DNA of 64,000 nucleotides, taken from assembly GCA_964388545.1 (NCBI GenBank), contig CAYMAV010000002.1, forward strand, positions 14 through 64,013, given 5' to 3'. Origin of the DNA: an uncultured Clostridium sp. (lineage in GTDB: Bacteria > Bacillota_I > Bacilli_A > RF39 > UBA660). The notes under the pieces were generated by a model, which was given only the letters and a program-made list of their open reading frames with translations, searched no databases and was not told where the DNA came from. Position 1 is the stretch's first letter. The number at the start of each line of letters is the position of its first letter. Below are positions 1 through 11,832 of the stretch, one piece after another. The translations under genes and the position numbers were made by a program.

Positions 1-203
1 GCCAATAAGACATTAGGTCTGGTTGGCAATTACTTATTATTTAAAAAGTGATTTAAAATTTATTAACTGAACTTATTAGCAATTATCACACACCCATTTA
101 ATAATATTCTCCATTGAGACAAACCCCTTGAAGTAATGGGTCTATAATACTACAAATCTTTAAAAAAATCAACTTTACCCATTGTTTTGCCGTTATTTTT
201 AGC

Positions 204-431
204 CTATTTTTCGTATTCAACTCTTTTAATAATTTTAAATTTTATAATATCAATATCTTTTTTATCATCTTTTGGCTCTAAAACTTCTATTAAATGGCCA
301 ATAACCTTTACCATCTCTTTTTCAATATTCTTAGGATAACTAGCGTAAAAATTTTGATATAAAGCATTTAAAGTATGATAAGTTGTTAAAACCGCTTCAT
401 TTATTTCATATTCCTTTATTGCATCATTCAT
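204..431 (-). CDS. hypothetical small protein (75 aa)
   Basis: The 204..476 ORF was trimmed to Met16 ('MNDAIKEYEINEAV'). That ATG at 431 is preceded by 'AAGGAG' at good spacing. No recognisable motif. Confidence 0.35.
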   Translation of the reverse strand: MNDAIKEYEINEAVLTTYHTLNALYQNFYASYPKNIEKEMVKVIGHLIEVLEPKDDKKDIDIIKFKIIKRVEYEK

Positions 432-621
432 TATTATACTCCTTAATCTTAGGCAATTCATCTTTTTTAGTAACATCTTTATTGATTAAAACAATATTTA
501 TTATAAAGTACCAGATAATTTTATTAGTATCTTTAGGTTTGCTATATTTTTTTGGTATATATTCATCTATTAAGTCAATAATTCTAGTGGCTTCTTTATT
601 TTCTACTCCTTATTTATTTTT

Positions 622-1437
622 TTATTGATCTTTATTTATTATTTCAAGTGGTTGTTTTATATTAGCTCTTTGTAAATCTTCAATTATAGCTTGACGAATT
701 CTTCTACCTTCAGCATAATGCGCCTCTGGTTTTGTTGTAAAATGAATACGCACAATATATGAATTCTTATCATTATTAGAGATTCCTAAACAAATAGGTT
801 TATCAATAACATCTTCACTACATTTATAATTTTTTAAAGTTTTTTCTACCATTGATATTACCTTATCCGGATTTTCTGTAAGCGAAATATAAAATTCAAG
901 TGGAGCAACCGTATCATTTTTAGAATAGTTAACTACTTTATTAATATCTCTATTATTTATTATTAATACCTCACCAGTAAACCTTTTAATTTTAACCGAT
1001 TTAATTCCTATAGAACTAACTTCTCCTTTAAAATCACCATATTGAACAACATCTCCTATAATAAAATAATCATCTAAAATAATCGAAATACCAGAAATAA
1101 TATCCTTAAATAGATCTTGCAAAGCTAGTCCAATTACTAAAGAGGCAACTCCTAACCCTGCAACAAGCTTTGATACATTAACACCTATTTTTGCTAAAAC
1201 CGCTAACGATAACAATATCATTATTATAATTTTTCCCATACTCAAAAACATTTGTAATACTGTATGATACTGTGCCTTATGGCTCTCTTCTATTTTTCTA
1301 TTATAAGCCCTTTTTATTATCCTTTTAAACAATTTAAAAACTACTATAGCAATTATAATATAAATTATTATTACGATAATATTATTTATAAATTTATTAT
1401 TATAAATATCTGTTATTTTTTCTATTATCTCTTTCAT
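622..1437 (-). CDS. MscS-family mechanosensitive ion channel
   Basis: The ORF was trimmed to Met15 (ATG at 1437, just after the upstream TAG). It has N-terminal TM helices followed by an MscS beta-domain-like 'IIGDVVQYGDFKGEVSSIGIKSVKIKRFTGEVLIINNRDI'. Confidence 0.75.
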   Translation of the reverse strand: MKEIIEKITDIYNNKFINNIIVIIIYIIIAIVVFKLFKRIIKRAYNRKIEESHKAQYHTVLQMFLSMGKIIIMILLSLAVLAKIGVNVSKLVAGLGVASLVIGLALQDLFKDIISGISIILDDYFIIGDVVQYGDFKGEVSSIGIKSVKIKRFTGEVLIINNRDINKVVNYSKNDTVAPLEFYISLTENPDKVISMVEKTLKNYKCSEDVIDKPICLGISNNDKNSYIVRIHFTTKPEAHYAEGRRIRQAIIEDLQRANIKQPLEIINKDQ

Positions 1438-1438
1438 A

Positions 1439-3197
<1,759 letters not shown>

Positions 3198-3689
3198 TTA
3201 TTCCTCCCTATTATTTTCTAAAAGTTTTTTTATATACTTTTCAATTTTTTGAGGCTTTACTCTAGGTGAAAATCTCTTAACAACCATACCTTTTTGATCT
3301 ATTAAAAATTTCGTAAAATTCCATTTAATTCTTTTATTAAAAAAACCTCTTTGATGCTTTTTTAAATAGGTATATAAAATAGATTCCTCAGATCCATTAA
3401 CATTTATCTTATCAAATCTCGGAAAAGTCGTATCATATTTTTCAGTACAAAACTCATCTATTTCTTCAATATTTTCAGGTGCGTCATTACCAAACTGGTT
3501 ACAAGGAAAATCTAGTATTTCAAAACCCTTATTATTAAATTTTTCATAAAGATTTTGAAGAGCATCATATTGAGGAGTAAAAAAACATTTGGTAGCAGTA
3601 TTAACTATTAAAAGAACTTTTCCCTTATATTTTTCTAAAGATACAACCTTTTTATTAATGTCTTCAACTCTTATTTTATATAATTCCAT
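3198..3689 (-). CDS. glutathione peroxidase (Cys-type)
   Basis: Motifs 'NTATKCFFTPQY' (peroxidatic Cys), 'FPCNQFG' and 'WNFTKFLID'. 163 aa. Confidence 0.85.
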   Translation of the reverse strand: MELYKIRVEDINKKVVSLEKYKGKVLLIVNTATKCFFTPQYDALQNLYEKFNNKGFEILDFPCNQFGNDAPENIEEIDEFCTEKYDTTFPRFDKINVNGSEESILYTYLKKHQRGFFNKRIKWNFTKFLIDQKGMVVKRFSPRVKPQKIEKYIKKLLENNREE

Positions 3690-3704
3690 AATTTCTCCTT
3701 ATTA

Positions 3705-4241
3705 TTAATTCTTATCGTTCCATTCCTCGTTAATATGCTCAGTAAGTGCCATTATAAAAGCACCTCTTGTTATGTCCCTTCTAGTTATTACATCATGAGT
3801 TAAAAAACTTAAACCACCTTTTTTTCTTGCCAAATCTTCATCTTTAAATAATTTATCCATAACTACTCCAAGCGTGAATTCACGAATATCATTAACATAT
3901 TTTTTAGGTATTGGATATCCTGGACTAGTACCAAAGCTCTCATATCCATTTTTATCTCTTACGATTGCCATGTTAATATTAATCCACTCACCAAATAAAT
4001 TAGTTATTCCAGCTTCAATTGCTAAAAAATAGTCAGCTTCTACATTATTATTTTTAGCATATTTAGCTAAATTGTTAATTCTATTTTTTACTCCTTCATA
4101 TATTTCTTCGTTTACCGGACCATCACTAACATCTGAAGGTACACTAATTCCCTCGATTTCTACATCTTGAAAATAATGAAGAAAAGCTTCTTTAGCCCCT
4201 TCAATTTTAACTGGATTCTTACTTGCTATTAATATTTTCAT
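3705..4241 (-). CDS. inosine/xanthosine triphosphatase (YjjX-type non-canonical NTPase)
   Basis: Aligns by eye with E. coli YjjX: 'SKNPVKIEGAKEAF', 'AIEAG', C-terminal 'TRRDITRGAFIMAL'. 178 aa. Confidence 0.75.
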   Translation of the reverse strand: MKILIASKNPVKIEGAKEAFLHYFQDVEIEGISVPSDVSDGPVNEEIYEGVKNRINNLAKYAKNNNVEADYFLAIEAGITNLFGEWININMAIVRDKNGYESFGTSPGYPIPKKYVNDIREFTLGVVMDKLFKDEDLARKKGGLSFLTHDVITRRDITRGAFIMALTEHINEEWNDKN

Positions 4242-4741
4242 TTTTTACATCTCCTTCAATATTATCTTTTTCCTTAATATAATCGATTATCTTCTTTTGA
4301 TTTTTGATAATTTCAATAATTTCCTCGTGTAAAACCTCCAATATCAATTCAGACTTTACATCAATCATTCATTCCTCTTAAAGTATCTTTTTTAGCCGCT
4401 CTATTCTGACTCATTAAGATAATTGGAGCCTGAAGAGCTGCTACTAGTGATAAAAATAAATTTAGTAAAGTAAATGGATATGGGTCAAACGCATCACCAT
4501 CCGCTAAAATCTTAACATTTATAAATATCCATAAAAATAAAACAAAAATAAAAGATATAATAAAGGTCCAAGAACCAGCTACTGCTGTTATCTTATCTGC
4601 TAGTTTCTCATGCCATTTTTCGGTTTCCGCCGCCATTTTATCAACATCAACCGCAACTGTTTCATCAAACAATAATTCTATTAATTGTTGTTCATCTTCT
4701 TCTTCTAATTTCCTACTATTTTTTATTAGATTTCTCACCAT
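4219..4741 (-). pseudogene. DUF1003-family membrane protein, split by a frameshift near 4361-4368
   Basis: The 126-aa ORF carries the DUF1003 core ('DPYPFTLLNLFLSLVAALQAPIILMSQNRAAKKD') and stops at 'RGMND*'. The expected C-terminal helix ('IDVKSELILEVLHEEIIEIIKNQ...') continues in another frame from 4368 to a TAA at 4219. Confidence 0.55.
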
Positions 4742-4814
4742 CTCTTTTTTTGTTCTTTTTGGTATTTTATTTTCTACTTATAATTCATCTTTAACTTCTT
4801 CCTTAATTTCTTCA

Positions 4815-5684
4815 TTAGTATTCATTTCTAATCCCATCCTCCATATTTATTCTAGTTGGTATTATATATTTAGCATCCACTTTTTTAGCAACCGTATTAG
4901 TTATCATCTTCATTGCACGAGACCCATCAAACCACAAAGGATTATCACTCCTTTTTCTAATAGCGTCCATTGGGGTAACCATCGCATCTTTATCATATTT
5001 ATCATTAAGCTCTCTAGTGATCATATATTCTTGTTTATCTGATGAATATAAAGTGTTTTTAAGAAGCTTATAATTAGCATTGTTATACCAATATAGATGA
5101 TCCCCTCCAGCTAGAATAAGCAAATCTGCTTTTATATTTAAGTCATCCATTAAATTAGATATGTATTGCGTAACCTCTTCATAGGAACAAGTTGGAACAT
5201 CATCTTTTAGACCTTCAAATTCTTTAGTGATATCAACTACACCAAAATTATAAAATTTCTTATCTATAACTTCTTTGTTTTTAACGAATATTAATTCTAT
5301 TGATCCACCTCCACCAATAAAAACACAGATATTCTTATCATAATCTATATCCTTATAGCATCCTAATGCTGTATATAATGCTTCATCTTCTTGTGATACA
5401 ACCTTAATATAAGTCTTAAATTTTTTATTGATTTTATCGTTTATTTTTTTTAATTCTTCATGACTAATTTTTCTAAAAATACTACATCCAAATATATGAA
5501 TATTATCGGTATATTCTTTAGCCTTTTTTATAACCTCAAATAATTTTTCTAAATCGGTATCTGCTATTTTATTAGTATAATTTTTCTTAAATTCAATAGT
5601 AACGTTATTATCAAAGACTAACTTATCACCTTTATAAATATGTGTCTTGGTATTATTACTACCTATTTCTATAATTGCTTTCAT
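4815..5684 (-). CDS. Ppx/GppA-like ASKHA-fold phosphatase family protein
   Basis: Motifs 'IEIGSNNTK', 'SQEDEALYTALG' and 'FIGGGGSIEL' match the Ppx/GppA N-terminal phosphate-binding signatures. 289 aa. Confidence 0.55.
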   Translation of the reverse strand: MKAIIEIGSNNTKTHIYKGDKLVFDNNVTIEFKKNYTNKIADTDLEKLFEVIKKAKEYTDNIHIFGCSIFRKISHEELKKINDKINKKFKTYIKVVSQEDEALYTALGCYKDIDYDKNICVFIGGGGSIELIFVKNKEVIDKKFYNFGVVDITKEFEGLKDDVPTCSYEEVTQYISNLMDDLNIKADLLILAGGDHLYWYNNANYKLLKNTLYSSDKQEYMITRELNDKYDKDAMVTPMDAIRKRSDNPLWFDGSRAMKMITNTVAKKVDAKYIIPTRINMEDGIRNEY

Positions 5685-5735
5685 TAACCCTCCTACTTTT
5701 AACTATATATAGTTTATCATAATTTTGCCAATATA

Positions 5736-5766
5736 TAAAAAAAAAGAGAATTTTTATTCTTCTCTT
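5736..5766 (-). terminator. intrinsic terminator after pheT
   Basis: Stem AAGAGAA/TTCTCTT (5744-5750 with 5760-5766) overlaps the pheT stop and is followed on the minus strand by a U-run (plus-strand A-run 5738-5745). Confidence 0.55.
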
Positions 5767-8177
5767 AATTTTGCTCCACATTTTTTATTTAATGTGTTTA
5801 AAATATTATCCATTTTCTCATTTATTTCAAGAGAATTCATAGTAGATTCTTCATTAATCATTCTAATAGTTAAAGTGATAGATTTTTTCCCCTTAGGTAT
5901 TTGATTTCCTCGATATTCTTCAACAAATTCTACTTCTTTTACCTTGTTTTGAATAGCAGTATAAATCATATCCCAACTTACTTCCTCATCAACGATAATA
6001 GCTAAATCTTTTTCTACTAAAGGTAATTCCGGTAATCTTTCATATTTATTAGTTCTTGACTTATATGGAATAAATTTATCAAAATTAACCTCAAAAATTG
6101 CAACATTTGTCCTTTTTATTTTAGCCTCATTCATCACACGCATAGATAATAATCCAAGATTTCCTATTATCTCATCATTAAATACTATATTGATATTAGC
6201 ATTTACATCAGCCCACTCAATTATTTCTCTTTGTTCTAACTTTAGTTCCTCCATATGACAATATCTTGCCATATTTTCAATTACCCCTTTAGCTTCATAA
6301 AAAATCTTTTTAGCATCTTTTCCAACAATACATCCTGCTAAATGATTATTTTGAATAGGTAAAATTTCTTCTTTGATTGATGGTCTATAATCTCCTTTTT
6401 TATACACCTCAGCTACTTCAAACAACCTAAACTCATCGTAATATCTTAGATTTTTAGATACAGCTTCAATCATACCAGGAATAAGAGAATTTCTAAGATA
6501 AGATAGTTCTGGTGATGGTGGAGTTGCTAATCTTAATGATTTTTCTTTATTAACCCCAACGATATCAATATATTTTTCATCGATCCAAGGATAAGTAAAT
6601 ATTTCATAGAAATTACATCTTTGTGATAAATATTCCTTAACTCTTTTTTCTAATAGCACTTCATTTTGATTAGTAGATTTATCAAAAGAAACAGTAATTG
6701 ACTTTGTATCAAAGCTATCGAAGGTTAAAATTCTAGCAAGGTCCCCCATTACATCATCCTTAATAGTTACATCTCCAGTTGATCTCCATGTAGGTACAAC
6801 TACTTCATATTCTTTATTAGAATATTTAACCTCATAACCAAGATGAGTTAATATTTCCTCAATTTTTTCTCTTGGAATAACTTTCCCTAATCTTCTATTT
6901 AAAAATTCTTCGCTTACCTTTATTATATTATTTTTTGTTTTGTTTGGATAAACACAAGAATATTTAACTATTTTACTTTCGGGATATAATTCTTTAATTA
7001 AAGATAATGATAGATCTAGTCCTTCATCTACTCGTTGAGAATCAATTCCCTTATCATATCTAATAGAAGAATCCGTCTTTGTTGAAAATCTTTTTTCTGT
7101 ATTTCTAATCGCATCAGCATTAAAGCTTGCTACCTCTAATAAAACACCCTTAGTATCTGGTAATATTGAGTCCTTTTTCCCACCTCTAATACCTGCTAGG
7201 GCAAGGGGCTCTTTCTCATCACAAATTACTAAATCATCTGTTGTAAGTTTAATTGAACTATTTCCAAGTAAAAGTAGTTCTTCATTTTCTTTAGCATTTC
7301 TAACAATTATCTTTTCTCCACCTACGTGAGTCTTATCAAAAGCGTGTAGAGGTTGTCCTACGGTAATCATTACATAATTAGTGATATCAACAATCGCATT
7401 TATCGGTCTTAGACCCACTTTTATCAGTATTGATTTTAACCACATTGGTGATTCTTTTGTTTCTACCCCATCTATTTCTACAGCTACATATCTATTACAT
7501 TTAGATGGTTCTTTTATCTCCACATTATATTTTGGTAAATTAGAATCTACATCATATTTTTCTAATTTCTTTAAAGGTACTTTATAAATAGTTGATAACT
7601 CTCTAGCAATACCATAATGTCCCCATAAATCTGGTCTATTAGATAAAGATTTATTATCGATTTCTAATACTGTATCATTCATATCAATAATATCGGCAAT
7701 ATTATCTCCAGGTTTGCAATCAATTTCAGTTAAATCAACAATTTCCGTTTCTTCTTTAGGTGGAAAAAAGTCTGCTAAATAAACCTCTGTTGCACCACAA
7801 ATCATTCCATGAGATACTACACCCCTCATCTTTGTCTTTTCAATTTTAACTGGTTCTCCTTCACCGTGCCAAACAACGTAAGAACCAGGCTTTGCAACTA
7901 CAACAAGCTCACCATTATATAGATTTGATCCACCACAAACAATTTGTACTGGACTATCCTCACCAATATCCGTTAAGCAAATTCTCAATTTATCAGCATC
8001 TGGGTGTTTACTAACTTCAATGATTTTTCCAACCACAATATTATTATATTTTTCTTTTGTATTTTCTACACTATCAACCTCAACTGTACTAAGAGTTAAA
8101 ACATGTGCTATCTCATGATCAGTTACATCTTTTGGTAGATCTACATATTTTCTTAATAAATTTAACGATACTCTCAT
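5754..8177 (-). CDS. pheT: phenylalanine--tRNA ligase beta subunit
   Basis: 807 aa. N-terminal tRNA-binding OB domain ('VVGKIIEVSKHPDADKLRICLTDIG') followed by B3/4 and B5 regions. Immediately downstream of pheS. Confidence 0.95.
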   Translation of the reverse strand: MRVSLNLLRKYVDLPKDVTDHEIAHVLTLSTVEVDSVENTKEKYNNIVVGKIIEVSKHPDADKLRICLTDIGEDSPVQIVCGGSNLYNGELVVVAKPGSYVVWHGEGEPVKIEKTKMRGVVSHGMICGATEVYLADFFPPKEETEIVDLTEIDCKPGDNIADIIDMNDTVLEIDNKSLSNRPDLWGHYGIARELSTIYKVPLKKLEKYDVDSNLPKYNVEIKEPSKCNRYVAVEIDGVETKESPMWLKSILIKVGLRPINAIVDITNYVMITVGQPLHAFDKTHVGGEKIIVRNAKENEELLLLGNSSIKLTTDDLVICDEKEPLALAGIRGGKKDSILPDTKGVLLEVASFNADAIRNTEKRFSTKTDSSIRYDKGIDSQRVDEGLDLSLSLIKELYPESKIVKYSCVYPNKTKNNIIKVSEEFLNRRLGKVIPREKIEEILTHLGYEVKYSNKEYEVVVPTWRSTGDVTIKDDVMGDLARILTFDSFDTKSITVSFDKSTNQNEVLLEKRVKEYLSQRCNFYEIFTYPWIDEKYIDIVGVNKEKSLRLATPPSPELSYLRNSLIPGMIEAVSKNLRYYDEFRLFEVAEVYKKGDYRPSIKEEILPIQNNHLAGCIVGKDAKKIFYEAKGVIENMARYCHMEELKLEQREIIEWADVNANINIVFNDEIIGNLGLLSMRVMNEAKIKRTNVAIFEVNFDKFIPYKSRTNKYERLPELPLVEKDLAIIVDEEVSWDMIYTAIQNKVKEVEFVEEYRGNQIPKGKKSITLTIRMINEESTMNSLEINEKMDNILNTLNKKCGAKLREE

Positions 8178-8190
8178 ATTTACCTCCTTA

Positions 8191-9231
8191 TTATTTAAAC
8201 TGTTTCAAAAATCTTAAATCTGAACTATGGAAAAGTCTTACATCATCTACCCCATACCTCATCATTACTAATCTATCTAATCCGATATTAATATAAAAAC
8301 CTGTCCACTCTTCAGGGTCTAATCCAGCTGATTTTAAAACATTTGGATGAATTTCTCCACCAGGCATAACCTCGATCCATCCATTATGATTGCATACCTT
8401 ACAACCTTTTCCATCACAAACTAAACATTCCATATCGATTTCATAACCAGGTTCCGTAAATGGGAAGAATCCCTCTCTCATTCGAACAGTTATCTTCTTA
8501 CCAAAAACCTTTTCTAATATAGCTTGAATCATTACCTTACCAGATGAAAATGAAATATCTTTATCAACTATCAAAGCTTCATATTGAAAGAAAGCTCTTT
8601 CGTGTCTGGCATCCGTTGTTTCATTTCTAAATACCTTACCAGGATAAACAAATCTAGCTGGTGCTCCATGTTTTTGCAAGTAACGAACTGATCCACCTGT
8701 TAAATGAGGCCTTAAGCATAATCTTTCCGTACCTTCTTTTTCTTCAGTTCCCTCAATCCAGTAAGTATCCATCGATTGACGAGCTGGATGATTCTTAGCA
8801 AAGTTAAGACTATCAAAAGCATATTTTTCACTGCTGATATCATCTTCGCTATAAACCTCAAACCCCAATGATAAAAAAGCCTCATTTAAATCATATTTCA
8901 TCTGTGTTATTGGGTGAAGTGCTCCACCATCAACCTTATAACCAGGAATAGTTAAATCTATCGGAGATGATAAAACACTTTTAGAAGAAATGATATCCTC
9001 TTCTTTTTTTTCTATCATACTTGTAAATTCATTTTTTATCTCAGTTGCAAGCATTCCTACTTCTTTTTTCTCTTCGTGAGAAGAAAGTGATCCCATCGCT
9101 TTTAAAACCTCAGATAATTCACTTTTCTTACCTAGTAATTCTTTTTTTAATTCTTCAAGGGTATCTAACTCTTTAGCATCTTCAATTTGTTTTAACCCCT
9201 TATTTTTAATACTTTCTAATTTCTCTTTCAT
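8191..9231 (-). CDS. pheS: phenylalanine--tRNA ligase alpha subunit
   Basis: 346 aa. Class II motifs 'HPARQSMDTYW', 'VFRNETTDARHERAFFQYEALIV' and 'GFFPFTEPGYEID'. Confidence 0.95.
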   Translation of the reverse strand: MKEKLESIKNKGLKQIEDAKELDTLEELKKELLGKKSELSEVLKAMGSLSSHEEKKEVGMLATEIKNEFTSMIEKKEEDIISSKSVLSSPIDLTIPGYKVDGGALHPITQMKYDLNEAFLSLGFEVYSEDDISSEKYAFDSLNFAKNHPARQSMDTYWIEGTEEKEGTERLCLRPHLTGGSVRYLQKHGAPARFVYPGKVFRNETTDARHERAFFQYEALIVDKDISFSSGKVMIQAILEKVFGKKITVRMREGFFPFTEPGYEIDMECLVCDGKGCKVCNHNGWIEVMPGGEIHPNVLKSAGLDPEEWTGFYINIGLDRLVMMRYGVDDVRLFHSSDLRFLKQFK

Positions 9232-9249
9232 AATTTTATCCTTTCTTCT

Positions 9250-9466
9250 ATAAAAAAACGAGTAAACATCCCCGACAAAGGACGATTTACTCGTGGTACC
9301 ACCTTATTTTATAGTATTAAACTACCTTATTACAGATTAACGCTCTTAAACGATTAACTCCATTACTGAAATTCATCAATTTGTTTATCTACTATGGCTC
9401 TCAGCTATACCATAATTTTCTGTATAGAACTCAAATTAACTACTTGACATAACTTCTTCATCAATA
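9250..9466 (-). promoter_or_regulatory. T-box leader (Phe specifier) controlling pheST
   Basis: On the minus strand, the T-box core 'AAGGTGGTACCACG' (9292-9305) is followed by the terminator 'ACGAGTAAATCGTCC...GGGGATGTTTACTCGTTTTTTT'. The specifier region 'GAATTTCAG' contains UUC followed by A. Confidence 0.85.
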
Positions 9467-9472
9467 GATAGT

Positions 9473-9501
9473 ATTTTATATCCAATTAGCTATTTTGTCA
9501 A
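9473..9501 (-). promoter_or_regulatory. sigma-A-type promoter for the pheS T-box leader
   Basis: TTGACA (9501-9496), a 17-nt spacer, then TAAAAT (9478-9473). Confidence 0.55.
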
Positions 9502-9506
9502 TTTTA

Positions 9507-9971
9507 TTAGCTAAGGAATGCTATTGAGTCTGGAAAAACTTCTAATCTTTCACCTGATAAAACATTTCCATTATAACTAATTGATAGCTTACCACCTATT
9601 TTAAAATTTTCTTTATCAAATTTAGATATGTCTATATAAATATTTTTACCTTTTTCAACTTGCGGTGTATCTTCTAAAACCTCAACGATAATAGAAGTAT
9701 CATACATCTTAGTTATCCTTCCATTAAAACAATATTTATCACCATCAAATACCGTATTTACATATTCAACATTATCATATACTTTAATTCCCAAGATAAT
9801 GATTTCCCAACCTTTTTCATAGCCGCTATCTTTAACTCTATTTATTTTAGTTATTTTATAAAGAAGTGACTTATACTCGGTTTATCCACCATCCCAAAAC
9901 TCGCTTTTTCTTGGTATAAGCATTAATATTAATGCAACAATTATTCCGATAATTATATATTCTTTTTTCAT
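9507..9971 (-). pseudogene. membrane-anchored small protein interrupted by an in-frame TAA (9882-9884)
   Basis: The ATG at 9971 has a 'GGAG' RBS and encodes a signal/anchor 'MKKEYIIIGIIVALILMLIPRKSEFWDGG'. A TAA follows, and the same frame then continues without further stops through the 95-aa ORF 9507..9794. Confidence 0.5.
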
Positions 9972-9982
9972 ATACACTCCAT

Positions 9983-10825
9983 TTATTTATCTCTAAGATA
10001 TTTTATTATTGCAACTCCTGCATGTGCTCCATCGCTTACTGCTTTAGCTATTTGTAAAAGACCACCAGTAGAATCCCCTATCGCATAAACACCTTCTATG
10101 TTAGTCGCACCATTCTTATCAACAACAAAATTATTTTTACTTGTTAATAATCCAAGTTGATTAGCAAAGTCATTTACCCCAGCACTTCCTAGTGCTATAA
10201 AAAGACCATCTAATTTTACCTTTTCGCCATCTTCTAATATAACTTCTTCTAGACTATCATTACCTATTACTTCAGCTACTTTAGAGGTATATGTCTTAAA
10301 TTTAGAATTTAGCTCTTCTCCATTAGTAAATAATATTACATCTGCAATGTTACTTAGATATTCAGCTTCATGAAGTGCAAAGTCACCTGATCCAAGAACT
10401 CCAACTCTTTTACCTTTAAAAAAGAAGCCATCACAAATTGCACAAAAACTAACGCCTGAACCTTCAAACTTTTCAATATTTTTTACCCTTGGTCTTATCT
10501 TCTTTTGACCAATTGCTAAAACAATTGATTTAGCCTCCATATTATTATTTAAGGAATTAACAACAAAACCATCTTTATTAGATTTAATTGATAAAACCTC
10601 ATCTTCTATTATTTCTACTCCTAATTTTATAGCGCCTTCTAAACCTCTTTTATATAACTCATCTCCACTATTAGAATCTGAAAAACCATAATAATTTTCT
10701 ATCTTAGCACCAATTAAAGATGATTTACCATGAGTAAAAATTGTTGTTTTTAAATTAGCTCTTGCTGTATAGAGTGCGGTTGATACTCCAGCTGGTCCTC
10801 CACCTATTATAATTACATCTTTCAT
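9983..10825 (-). CDS. thioredoxin-disulfide reductase-like FAD/NAD(P) oxidoreductase
   Basis: FAD motif 'IIIGGGPAGVSTALY', redox-active 'CAICDG', NAD(P) motif 'VLGSGDFALHEA', C-terminal 'YAIGD'. 280 aa, which is short for TrxB. Confidence 0.75.
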   Translation of the reverse strand: MKDVIIIGGGPAGVSTALYTARANLKTTIFTHGKSSLIGAKIENYYGFSDSNSGDELYKRGLEGAIKLGVEIIEDEVLSIKSNKDGFVVNSLNNNMEAKSIVLAIGQKKIRPRVKNIEKFEGSGVSFCAICDGFFFKGKRVGVLGSGDFALHEAEYLSNIADVILFTNGEELNSKFKTYTSKVAEVIGNDSLEEVILEDGEKVKLDGLFIALGSAGVNDFANQLGLLTSKNNFVVDKNGATNIEGVYAIGDSTGGLLQIAKAVSDGAHAGVAIIKYLRDK

Positions 10826-10910
10826 ATTACTCTCCTATATCTCAAATTTATAAAAATATTCTACTAATTTTAAATTGGTTATCTTATTATTTTTTAAATA
10901 TTCCCTAGTA

Positions 10911-11264
10911 TCATCTCTTAGATGATTTGCTACTACTTCTAATTAATATTTTCTCTTTTCTAAGATTTCTTCCAAGTTTAATACCTGATTCAATTTCGTC
11001 TTTTGCAAATGGACATCTAAGTCTTTCCGCAAGTATTAAATAATTTTCACTCATTCCTAGTAATTTGTATCTTAAAATATTTATATATTCATCAAGGCTA
11101 ACTTTAATCTTTTTTCTTGCCGCTACCAACTTTAATTTATTACTAATGGATTCTTCTGTTATTTTTTCTTTTTCAAAATTAGCTGGAAGCATAAAATCTC
11201 CACCATCTAAATATAAATTAGCTATTCCTTCACCATTTTCACCATCATACATCTTTATTAACAT
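10911..11264 (-). CDS. hypothetical protein (117 aa)
   Basis: ORF only. No motif recognised. Confidence 0.3.
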   Translation of the reverse strand: MLIKMYDGENGEGIANLYLDGGDFMLPANFEKEKITEESISNKLKLVAARKKIKVSLDEYINILRYKLLGMSENYLILAERLRCPFAKDEIESGIKLGRNLRKEKILIRSSSKSSKR

Positions 11265-11284
11265 TGCTATTGCACAAGTATTAA

Positions 11285-11770
11285 TTATTTTTTATCATCT
11301 TTATTAAACAAAGAAAAATGATATTCAGGTTCAGGAATCCATACACCCCAACCGCCCTCATCTACTCCTAAACATCGGGCTTGATATTCATAAGGAGTTA
11401 CATACATTTCTCTTCTACTATTATTAAAACAATATAAAGGATTAATAACATTATTAGGATTACCACTATGTAAATTCTCCAAATTTAAGAATTCTTCCTT
11501 ACCATGACCAAATCTTGTAGCTAGCTGATTAACTATCAAGGTATATAATGGTTTATCATCAATAGATAAAACATATACTAATTGAGTCATTCCATAATTG
11601 ATAAATTTAAAACTCTTTTGTCCTTTTAATTCAGGTATTGTAGCCTTACTAATTTCATCTTTGATAAATCTATGAATGTCTATTATTTCATCAACAAAAT
11701 TTTGTTCTGGTAAGACTTGAATATATACAGGATTAAAATTTGGAATACCTAAATTTTCATTTTTTGACAC
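11285..11770 (-). CDS. hypothetical protein (about 161 aa)
   Basis: The ORF was trimmed to the GTG at 11770, which lies 6 nt after 'GAGGTGG'. No confident family assignment. Confidence 0.35.
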   Translation of the reverse strand: MSKNENLGIPNFNPVYIQVLPEQNFVDEIIDIHRFIKDEISKATIPELKGQKSFKFINYGMTQLVYVLSIDDKPLYTLIVNQLATRFGHGKEEFLNLENLHSGNPNNVINPLYCFNNSRREMYVTPYEYQARCLGVDEGGWGVWIPEPEYHFSLFNKDDKK

Positions 11771-11798
11771 CAAACCCACCTCAAAATAATTATAACAC

Positions 11799-11823
11799 AA
11801 AAAAAGGCATAAATTATGCCTTT
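11799..11823 (-). terminator. intrinsic terminator after the ankyrin-like pseudogene
   Basis: Palindrome 'AAAGGCATAA(A)TTATGCCTTT' followed on the minus strand by U7. It lies 10 nt after the stop at 11833. Confidence 0.65.
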
Positions 11824-11832
11824 AAAAAATTT

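Noticed and set aside
1-203. Possible gene, RNA or promoter content in the first 200 nt.
   Set aside because: Only very short ORFs and a weak 4-bp hairpin were found. The region may be the 3' flank or the start of a gene outside the window. Nothing can be supported.
433-620. A stretch of about 58 open codons on the minus strand between the MscS gene and the 75-aa ORF ('ENKEATRIIDLIDEYIPKKYSKPKDTNKIIWYF...').
   Set aside because: The frame has no ATG, GTG or TTG start after the preceding stop, and no RBS is positioned for it. It cannot be supported as a gene.
3198-3689. A possible selenocysteine-type glutathione peroxidase.
   Set aside because: The peroxidatic position is an ordinary Cys codon within an uninterrupted ORF. 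There is no in-frame TGA and no SECIS-like hairpin.
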